Assembly: GCA_964398655.1 (NCBI GenBank)
Contig: CAYNNG010000002.1
Location: 17,449-81,448 of the forward strand
Direction of reading: 5' to 3'
DNA: 64,000 bases
Source: an uncultured Oscillospiraceae bacterium
GTDB taxonomy: Bacteria; Bacillota; Clostridia; Saccharofermentanales; DTU023
In this document: piece after piece, positions 35,175-42,630 of the stretch
How the letters are laid out: every line of letters starts with the position of its first letter
Position numbering within the stretch: position 1 is the first letter of the stretch
Program-made: the position numbers and the translations under genes
The notes under the pieces: model-generated
What the model was told of the DNA's origin: nothing
What the model saw: the letters and a program-made list of their open reading frames with translations, nothing else
The model's database searches: none

Positions 35175-36323
35175 ATGTCTAACCCCCAGCGGACCCCTAA
35201 ATCACGTAATTTAATGGCTTTTCTTATTGTGCCATTGGGCTTTATAGCTTTTTTCTGCTTGGTCGTTTTCCTGTTATATTTCAATGATGAGCTGGACCGC
35301 AGGATGCTTGCGGATGCTACTGACCAGAGCAAGACTCAAGTCAGCCCAAGCTCGCTAGAGGAGGCGGCAGCCGGCCAGATTGTTGAGTTGGCGACTACAA
35401 GGGCTGCACCCTCTGCAACTGAAAGGCAGGAAGAAAAAACTAGTTCTGCGGAAGGCTTGATCGGTCCCGAGAATCCTAAGGCTAAGGACAAGATTTTCTG
35501 GCGGGATTTAGATGACCTTTATGAGGAGATTCAAGACCGCCGCCAGCATGTGGAGGATTATCAAACACCTATTAGCCGGCTCCTGATCTTCTTAGACGAG
35601 CAATATGTTGCAGCCTACGGTCCTGATGACCAGGGACAGGAAGTGCTCCTTAGGACTTTCCCTTGTTCTAGCGGCATTGTACCTGGCCACACTCCCTTAG
35701 GCCAGCATACTTTAGGAGCTAAGTGGCCTGACCCCTGGTTATTCGATAATGCGAGAGCTCAATATGGTTACCAGATCCAGGGCAATATTTTGTTTCACTC
35801 TCTGCCTTCCTATGATGGCAGCCTTAAGAGTGGACTGAAATTATCTGACCTGAATTCCATGGGCTATGCAGCTTCCCATGGCTGTGTGCGGTTGTTCTGC
35901 ATGGATGCTAAGTGGCTGTATGAAAATGCTCCTGCGGGCTGTCCGGTTGAGGTTTTACAAAATAGGGGAGAGAAATATGCTGAGCTCCCGGACCATGTTT
36001 TTTACCTCCGGCTTAAAGACGGCGCTCCCCAATGGGACCCCACGGATCCTGATCCAGAGAATCCCTATCATGACCAGGAAGTTTTAAAGAAGTGGGCAGT
36101 GGAGGAGCCCTGGCTGCAGGAATACGAGGTAATTCCTCCTGTTTGGCCTGACTTTAGCGCGATCCCAGAATCCCCTGTTCCCGCAGAATCTGAAGCAGCG
36201 ACCAGTCAGGAAACAGAACCAGCCTATACTGGGCCTACTAGCCCACCGCCGCTGAAGCCCACGTCGGCCCCGGAGGTCACAATGCAGGAGACCAGTCCTC
36301 CACCCCTTGAACCTGCTAATTAG
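35175..36323 (+). CDS. L,D-transpeptidase (YkuD domain) with an N-terminal TM helix and a Pro-rich C-terminal tail
   Basis: SHGCVRL is the catalytic motif, with GNILFHSLP upstream of it. The TM helix is LMAFLIVPLGFIAFFCLVVFLLYF. The ATG at 35175 follows the SD AGGGAGG. Confidence 0.85.
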   Translation: MSNPQRTPKSRNLMAFLIVPLGFIAFFCLVVFLLYFNDELDRRMLADATDQSKTQVSPSSLEEAAAGQIVELATTRAAPSATERQEEKTSSAEGLIGPENPKAKDKIFWRDLDDLYEEIQDRRQHVEDYQTPISRLLIFLDEQYVAAYGPDDQGQEVLLRTFPCSSGIVPGHTPLGQHTLGAKWPDPWLFDNARAQYGYQIQGNILFHSLPSYDGSLKSGLKLSDLNSMGYAASHGCVRLFCMDAKWLYENAPAGCPVEVLQNRGEKYAELPDHVFYLRLKDGAPQWDPTDPDPENPYHDQEVLKKWAVEEPWLQEYEVIPPVWPDFSAIPESPVPAESEAATSQETEPAYTGPTSPPPLKPTSAPEVTMQETSPPPLEPAN

Positions 36324-36444
36324 CAGGCTAAGCAGGTTGGCTAGGCTTTGACCGTCTACTCGTCTATAATAGATCCTGCAATTAAGAGAACTTTACCGAA
36401 CTGCTAACAGCTCAGCGGGGCTGTTACTGCCTGTGCGCAAAATT

Positions 36445-37368
36445 ATGAAACTACATAGATTAGAAAAAATTTTACTTACGGTTGCTATAACTCTCGTCCT
36501 GGTGACAGGGGTGGTCTATGCTGCGGAGACCATCCTAACTAAACCTGACAAGCTAGAAAGCCAGGAAAGCTTCAGCTTCGCTAATCCTTCCAACCCAGCA
36601 GAGGCAAGTCCAGAATTAACTGCCAACTCTCAGGAGCTAGGGAAGGAGGGCAGCTCTTCCGCCACTGATACCAGGCAGGAGGAAGAAACAAGTTTGCCGG
36701 ATGCAGAAAAGGCTAAGCCTGACCCCCGGGTGGGTCTTGAACCTATTCCTGACCAGGAGAGCGACCTAGACCGGATTAAGCGTCTGATTGCCCCGGAGAG
36801 CCCTGGTGACCCCGCAAAGGACTATATGATCCGGGTCTTCAAAGATAAACAGTTGGTGACAGTTTTTGAAGATCCCAAGGGGGACGGTTCTTTTGACTAT
36901 CTGATCAAGGCTTTTAACTGCTCTACGGCGGCTGAGGGCTACGACACTCCCAGTGGACAGCACCAGCTGGGGCTCAAGCTCTACTCTGGCTATATGATCG
37001 ACGCTTCTTATGGGCAATACTGTTCAGAATTTTTGCAATACCACTACTTCCATGCCGTACCCTCTTATGGTGGAGTAGAAGAATCCGGGGTTAGCTGGGA
37101 AGACTACAACAAATTGGGCCAGGTAGCTTCACATGGCTGTATCCGCTTAGAGACCAAGGCGGCCAAATGGATCTATGATTACTGCAAGGAAGCTACGCCC
37201 GTGGAAATCTTAGAATCCTCAGAGGACTTTCCCTATCTGCCAGAGAAGGTCGACCAGCTGAGAATGTCACCGGATGGCCCTGCCTGGGATCCGACAAATC
37301 CCAATCCCCTCAATCCCTATCAGCAAGATCCCAGCATCCTCTTGGACTACAACCGACAGGATAGCTAG
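36445..37368 (+). CDS. L,D-transpeptidase (YkuD domain), paralogue of the preceding gene
   Basis: SHGCIRL is the catalytic motif, and HYFHAVP is also present. The N-terminal TM helix is ILLTVAITLVLVTGVVYA. The start is either the ATG at 36445 or the GTG at 36433. Confidence 0.85.
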   Translation: MKLHRLEKILLTVAITLVLVTGVVYAAETILTKPDKLESQESFSFANPSNPAEASPELTANSQELGKEGSSSATDTRQEEETSLPDAEKAKPDPRVGLEPIPDQESDLDRIKRLIAPESPGDPAKDYMIRVFKDKQLVTVFEDPKGDGSFDYLIKAFNCSTAAEGYDTPSGQHQLGLKLYSGYMIDASYGQYCSEFLQYHYFHAVPSYGGVEESGVSWEDYNKLGQVASHGCIRLETKAAKWIYDYCKEATPVEILESSEDFPYLPEKVDQLRMSPDGPAWDPTNPNPLNPYQQDPSILLDYNRQDS

Positions 37369-37460
37369 TGACGCGCCTATTGATTTAGGTGTATATATAA
37401 ATTATCATCTCGTTTGCCAATAGAATAAGTATGCGCTAAATACAGTTTAGGAGGTTAAGT

Positions 37461-38711
37461 ATGAAAGGAAACCTAATTTACGGACAATCTGGTGGCCCGA
37501 CTTCAGTCATTAACGCAAGTGCAGCAGGGGTTTTTTTGGAAGCCCTGGCGCACAAGGAAGATATTGAAAAAGTTTATGCCGCTCATCATGGCATCGTAGG
37601 TATTTTAGAAGAGGACTTTTTTGACATGGGCCAGGAGGATCCTAAAGAACTGGAACTCCTGAAACAAACGCCTTCTTCAGAACTGGGCTCTTGCCGCTAT
37701 AAGCTTGCTGCTTTGGAAGAGGATGAGAGTGACTATGCGCGTATCCTAGAGGTCTTCAAGAAATATAATATTAGGTATTTTCTCTACAATGGAGGTAATG
37801 ACTCCATGGATACCTGCTCAAAGATTTCCAAGTACCTGCGGTCTAAAAACTACGATTGCCGCGTAATGGGAGTTCCCAAGACTATAGATAATGACTTAGC
37901 GGTAACAGACCACTGCCCTGGCTATGGCTCTGCGGCGCGCTACATTGTCACCACCTTAATGGAAATTTATAAAGACGCTACGGTTTATGATTCTGGACAA
38001 ATTACCTTGGTGGAAATCATGGGTCGGCATGCGGGCTGGCTAACCGCGGCTTCTGCGGTAGCCACAGCTAAAGGCTGCGGCCCCGACCTGATTTATTTGC
38101 CAGAGCGAGTTTTTGATCTGGAGAAGGTTATTGCGGATATCCAGAAAGTTTATGAGCGCAAGGGCAAGGTTATTGTTTGCTTCTCCGAGGGCGTACAGAC
38201 AGCCGATGGTAAGTTTATTCCCGAATTAGACCCGAATGCTGACCTCTCCGTAGACGCCTTTGGTCACAAACAACTGGGTGGTGCGGCAGAAGCTTTAGCC
38301 AAAATTGTGGGCGCCCGTATTCCTACCAAGATCAGGGCGATCGAACTTTCTCTCATGCAGCGCTGCGCAGCCCATCTGGCTTCGGAGCGTGATGTGGAAG
38401 ATAGCTTCATGGCGGGACAGGCCGCCGTACGTGCTGCTCTGGAGGGGAAAACGGACCTGATGATTGGCTTTGCCCGCCCCCTGAGCGGAGAGTACAAAAC
38501 AGAAATCCAGGAAATTCCTCTGGAGCTTGTGGCCAATGCTGAGAAAAAAGTCCCAGATGAATGGATCCAGAAGGACGGAAACGGTCTGGAAAATGCTTTC
38601 TTAGACTACGTTATGCCCCTGCTCTCTGGTCAGCCGGAACGTATTTTGGATGAACATGGCCTGCCGCGTTTTGCCAAGCTAAAGTTTGTGCAAGCCGGAA
38701 AAGGTAAATAA
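37461..38711 (+). CDS. pfp: Phosphofructokinase, predicted PPi-dependent (diphosphate--fructose-6-phosphate 1-phosphotransferase)
   Basis: GQSGGPTSVINAS, GGNDSMDT and PKTIDNDL are PFK-family motifs. Asp occupies the GGxDS position and Lys the PKT position, the residues classically associated with PPi rather than ATP use. Confidence 0.8.
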   Translation: MKGNLIYGQSGGPTSVINASAAGVFLEALAHKEDIEKVYAAHHGIVGILEEDFFDMGQEDPKELELLKQTPSSELGSCRYKLAALEEDESDYARILEVFKKYNIRYFLYNGGNDSMDTCSKISKYLRSKNYDCRVMGVPKTIDNDLAVTDHCPGYGSAARYIVTTLMEIYKDATVYDSGQITLVEIMGRHAGWLTAASAVATAKGCGPDLIYLPERVFDLEKVIADIQKVYERKGKVIVCFSEGVQTADGKFIPELDPNADLSVDAFGHKQLGGAAEALAKIVGARIPTKIRAIELSLMQRCAAHLASERDVEDSFMAGQAAVRAALEGKTDLMIGFARPLSGEYKTEIQEIPLELVANAEKKVPDEWIQKDGNGLENAFLDYVMPLLSGQPERILDEHGLPRFAKLKFVQAGKGK

Positions 38712-38722
38712 GCATTAGATAA

Positions 38723-40213
38723 ATGTTACGCGCTATACTGACCAGCCACATCAGCAAGGATGACCTTAATACCTTGAGCCTACAGCTCAATGGCGCTCTA
38801 ATCGGTCAGGCTGATGCGGCAAAATCGGGCAACCGGGTAATTAGCGGCAACCGGGAAATCCACCTGGTTGCTGGCTTTTATGCTAATACAGGGGATAGGG
38901 CAGAACGGAGATATATCCAAGAGCAAAATCGCTTGTTTAAGCTGCTGTTTGCCGATTTACAAACCCAGGGCCTGGCTGCGCTGCCAGTCTTGGCCCATAA
39001 ACATTTCCCAGAGGCGGCTTTCCTCTTGATTGCCTCTGCGGAAATGGTTTTAGTGTGGCAGGATGCGCAAAAAGGCGTCTATTTACTGAGACACAAAGAA
39101 CTCTATCGCCTGCAGCCGACCCTCAGACCTAGAGGACTGTGGCCGGGGGACTGGATGACCTATGGAGATTTTTACGCTTTTGTTCCTCAAGAAGAGGATC
39201 TCTTGCTATTCTTAGCGCCTGAATTTGTGGACCGCTTTAAGCCGGAGCAATTGGAGGAAGTTTTTTCCTCCAAGCTCCAGCTCTTCTCCATGATGTCAGA
39301 ACTAAACCGGTTGGGCCGGACCTATGGCTTTAACTTTGAACAGTCTTGGCTGGCCATGCAGTTCCAGCGTTTGGAAGTAAACCGCATCTATAAAGGCCAC
39401 GCAAACGAGTTCCTCAGCGAGGAGGTACGCCGTATTGCCCGCACTGAGGACTTCACTAAGGCCATACCGCGTTCCAAGGTTTCTCGCGTTTTGCACGGCC
39501 AAGACCTAATACCTGTGCGCGACCCTAAGCCCATACTGAGACCCGCCAATTTAGGTCCCAGACCGCCTAGGCCTGACCAAGCAGACCGTCCGCGTCTGGG
39601 TGACTGGCAGCGGAACCGCCAGGATGCCAGCCGGATTAATTTAATCAATGAAGAGGATCGGCAGAAGCGCCAGGCGATGCTGGATACCTATGCCCAGCGC
39701 CGCGACCCCATGGATGATTATTTTGATAAAGTTAGGGAGTTTTCTTTTACGCCCCTCAAAACCAAAATACGGCAGCTGCTGGGCAAATTTTTTAACCTCT
39801 GGCCAGGTCAGCCTTTCCTCTCGAAGTTTTTTGCCAGCTCCTGTGTGGTTCTACTCGTGCTAATCCTGGCCCTAGGCGTGCAGGGTGTTACCCGCAAACG
39901 TGGACAAGCAGAGCCTATTCGAGATACAGAACCGGTAATCGCTACAGAGCTGCCTGACCGGGATGCTGTAGTCCAGGCCCCTTTGGAGACTAACCTAGAG
40001 GTGCAGCAGCTGGTTACGGTCAACAATCTGCAGATTCGCCAGGCTAAAGATCCCAGCTCCGCCTTGATTGCCTCAATTAAGCGGGGAGAAGTCGTGGTGC
40101 AATTGGCGCCGGAAGAAGACGGTTGGGTCTATGTCAGAGCGGACCAAGGAGTGGAGGGATATGTCTATGCTTCTTACCTATTTTCCCGCGAAACGGAAAC
40201 TAGTGAGCAATAA
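38723..40213 (+). CDS. Membrane protein: N-terminal degenerate PP2C-like domain, one TM helix and a C-terminal bacterial SH3 domain
   Basis: The TM helix is FFASSCVVLLVLILALGV. The C-terminal part LQIRQAKDPSSALIASIKRGEVVVQL..EDGWVYVRADQGVEGYVYASYL is SH3b-like. The N-terminal PP2C resemblance is weak and inferred (see findings). Confidence 0.5.
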   Translation: MLRAILTSHISKDDLNTLSLQLNGALIGQADAAKSGNRVISGNREIHLVAGFYANTGDRAERRYIQEQNRLFKLLFADLQTQGLAALPVLAHKHFPEAAFLLIASAEMVLVWQDAQKGVYLLRHKELYRLQPTLRPRGLWPGDWMTYGDFYAFVPQEEDLLLFLAPEFVDRFKPEQLEEVFSSKLQLFSMMSELNRLGRTYGFNFEQSWLAMQFQRLEVNRIYKGHANEFLSEEVRRIARTEDFTKAIPRSKVSRVLHGQDLIPVRDPKPILRPANLGPRPPRPDQADRPRLGDWQRNRQDASRINLINEEDRQKRQAMLDTYAQRRDPMDDYFDKVREFSFTPLKTKIRQLLGKFFNLWPGQPFLSKFFASSCVVLLVLILALGVQGVTRKRGQAEPIRDTEPVIATELPDRDAVVQAPLETNLEVQQLVTVNNLQIRQAKDPSSALIASIKRGEVVVQLAPEEDGWVYVRADQGVEGYVYASYLFSRETETSEQ

Positions 40214-40278
40214 ACTCTGGACAAGTCCGGACTAAGTGCGTTATTATGGCTTAGCTTTGAATTTGAGCTTACAGAAAC

Positions 40279-40352
40279 GCGGGTGTAGTTCAATGGTAGA
40301 ACATCAGCCTTCCAAGCTGAATACGAGGGTTCGATTCCCTTCACCCGCTCCA
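40279..40352 (+). tRNA. tRNA-Gly (anticodon TCC), CCA encoded
   Basis: Manual cloverleaf: acceptor GCGGGTG/CACCCGC, anticodon stem TCAGC/GCTGA, loop CTTCCAA and T-loop TTCGATT. Confidence 0.9.
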
Positions 40353-40354
40353 AT

Positions 40355-40431
40355 GGGCGCATAGCTCAGCTGGATAGAGCAACGGCCTTCTAAGCCGTAG
40401 GTCGCAGGTTCGAATCCTGCTGCGCTCGCCA
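40355..40431 (+). tRNA. tRNA-Arg (anticodon TCT), CCA encoded
   Basis: Manual cloverleaf: acceptor GGGCGCA/TGCGCTC, anticodon stem ACGGC/GCCGT, loop CTTCTAA and T-arm GCAGG-TTCGAAT-CCTGC. Confidence 0.9.
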
Positions 40432-40434
40432 GAG

Positions 40435-40464
40435 ACCCTGGAAACCAATTTCCAGGGTTTTTTC
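40435..40464 (+). terminator. Terminator of the tRNA Gly-Arg unit
   Basis: ACCCTGGAAA-CCAA-TTTCCAGGGT forms a 10-bp perfect stem, followed by TTTTT. Confidence 0.85.
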
Positions 40465-40499
40465 TTATAAGCCTGGGGAATCAGGATAGAAGAAGCATA

Positions 40500-40508
40500 T
40501 GTTATAAT
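40500..40508 (+). promoter_or_regulatory. Extended -10 element (TGtTATAAT) upstream of the topoisomerase operon
   Basis: TGTTATAAT lies at 40500-40508. The -35 is poor. A leader of about 100 nt precedes the ATG at 40618. Confidence 0.4.
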
Positions 40509-40617
40509 GCTTCAGGTTATGACGATCCCTGTGGACCTGGCATTTTGGCCAGCTTCCCGCAAAATTCAGCCTGTCCACTTATCGGGCAGGGTCCCGCCAA
40601 ACACAGAAAGGTAACAT

Positions 40618-42606
40618 ATGCCCAAAGCAGGAACTTACAACAATGAGAGCATCAGCGCCCTTAAAGGAGCTGACCGGGTACGTAAACGTCCCAGTGTAAT
40701 TTTTGGCTCAGACGACCTGGCTGGTTGTGAGCATTCATTTTTCGAGATCCTCTCTAACTCCATAGATGAGGCCCGTGAAGGCTATGGCAAACTGATCACA
40801 GTTACTCGCTTTAAAGACTTTTCCTTAGAAGTTGCGGATGAAGGCCGGGGTATCCCGCTGGATTATAACAAGAATGAAGATCGCTATAACTGGGAACTGG
40901 TTTATTGCGAGCTCTATGCGGGCGGTAAGTACGACAATGTGAGCGGTGGTACTTATAAATTCAGTCTGGGCTTAAATGGACTGGGTGCTTGCGCTACTCA
41001 GTATGCTTCCGAATATTTTGACGTATCAGTCTATCGCGATGGATTCCATTACGAGCTGCATTTTGAAAAGGGTGAGAATATTGGCGGGCTGAAAAAGACT
41101 CCTTATACCGGCAAAAAACGTGGGACGAGTCAACGCTGGAAGCCGGACAAAGAGGTTTTTACGGAGGTAGAAATCCCCTTAGACTACCTGCAGCAGGTCC
41201 TGCGTCAGCAGGCTATCATTAACGCGGGTATTAGCTTCCGCCTAATTGATGAAATTTCTGGCCAGACCTATGACTATTATTATGCCGACGGGATCAAGGG
41301 CCATGCCGAAGAACTTCTGGGCCAGGACGCGCTCTCGGAACTTGCCTATTTCTCCGGCGAAGGCCGGGGTAAGGACCGACAGGATAAAGAAGAATACCTG
41401 GTTAAGGCCGAGGTGGTCTTTGCTTTCAGCAACCAGGAGCCGGTCATCGAGTACTACCACAACTCGTCCTGGCTGGAATATGGCGGATCGCCCGAACGCG
41501 CGGCGCGGTCGGCTTTTGTGGCGGAATTTGATGCGGCGGCTAAGGCGCAGAACAAATACCAAAATGAAGAAAGTAAAATTTCCTTCAAAGATATTTCTGA
41601 TAGCCTGGTCCTGATCATTTCCTCCTTCTCTACCTTTTCTTCCTACGAAAACCAAACGAAGAAAGCCATCAATAACCGCTATATCCAAGCCTTCCTCACC
41701 GACCTTTTGCGCAATCACCTCCGGGTGTGGTTTATTGAGCACCAGGCTGAGGCTAACCGTGTCTTGGACCAGATCTTGGTTAACAAACGTTCAAGAGAAA
41801 ATGCTGAAAAACAAAGACTGAATCTCAAAAAACGCTTAACCGGTCAAATTGATAACATCTACCACCGGGTAGATAACTTTGTAGACTGCCGAACCAAGGA
41901 TGTTAACCGGCGGGAACTCTACATCGTTGAAGGCAACTCTGCCCTCGGCTCGGTAAAAATGGCCCGAGATGCGGAATTTCAGGCGGTTATTCCCTTAAGA
42001 GGGAAGATCCTTAACTGCCTCAAAGCTTCCTATAACCAAATTTTTAAGAATGATATCATCATGGATTTGATCAAGCTTCTTGGCTGCGGCATCCATATCG
42101 AAGGTAAGAAAAAGCGAGATATTGCAGAGTTTGACCTGGAAAAGCTACTCTGGGAGAAGATCATTATTTGTACCGACGCTGATGTCGATGGATTTCAAAT
42201 CCGTACCCTGATCTTAGCCATGTTTTATCGTCTAACCCCAGAATTGATTAAAGAGGGCAAAATCTACATTGTGGAATCTCCACTTTTTGAGATTACCCAC
42301 CAAGTAAAAGGCGAAGACCGGTCCTACTTTGCCTACTCAGACCAGGAAAAAAAGCAAATTGTGGAATCCCTGCCCAAGGGTAAGGTCCATATTCAGCGGT
42401 CCAAGGGCTTGGGCGAAAACGAGCCGGAGATGATGTGGCTGACTACCATGAATCCAGATACCAGGCGCCTATATCAAGTTTACCCTGAAGACCCGGCCAG
42501 CGCGGCTGCCTGCTTCGATACCCTCTTAGGTAATAACTTGGAGGGCCGTAAACAGTACATAGCAGACCATGGCCATGAATATATGTCTATGCTGGATGTG
42601 ATTTAG
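40618..42606 (+). CDS. Type IIA DNA topoisomerase subunit B (GyrB/ParE family, divergent)
   Basis: GHKL ATPase motifs: EILSNSIDEA, VADEGRGIP and LGLNGLGA. Toprim motifs: ELYIVEGNSALGS and IIICTDADVDGFQIRTL. The C-terminal part is QRSKGLGEN. Confidence 0.85.
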   Translation: MPKAGTYNNESISALKGADRVRKRPSVIFGSDDLAGCEHSFFEILSNSIDEAREGYGKLITVTRFKDFSLEVADEGRGIPLDYNKNEDRYNWELVYCELYAGGKYDNVSGGTYKFSLGLNGLGACATQYASEYFDVSVYRDGFHYELHFEKGENIGGLKKTPYTGKKRGTSQRWKPDKEVFTEVEIPLDYLQQVLRQQAIINAGISFRLIDEISGQTYDYYYADGIKGHAEELLGQDALSELAYFSGEGRGKDRQDKEEYLVKAEVVFAFSNQEPVIEYYHNSSWLEYGGSPERAARSAFVAEFDAAAKAQNKYQNEESKISFKDISDSLVLIISSFSTFSSYENQTKKAINNRYIQAFLTDLLRNHLRVWFIEHQAEANRVLDQILVNKRSRENAEKQRLNLKKRLTGQIDNIYHRVDNFVDCRTKDVNRRELYIVEGNSALGSVKMARDAEFQAVIPLRGKILNCLKASYNQIFKNDIIMDLIKLLGCGIHIEGKKKRDIAEFDLEKLLWEKIIICTDADVDGFQIRTLILAMFYRLTPELIKEGKIYIVESPLFEITHQVKGEDRSYFAYSDQEKKQIVESLPKGKVHIQRSKGLGENEPEMMWLTTMNPDTRRLYQVYPEDPASAAACFDTLLGNNLEGRKQYIADHGHEYMSMLDVI

Positions 42607-42630
42607 CTTAGGAGATGGAGGTAAGTTAAG

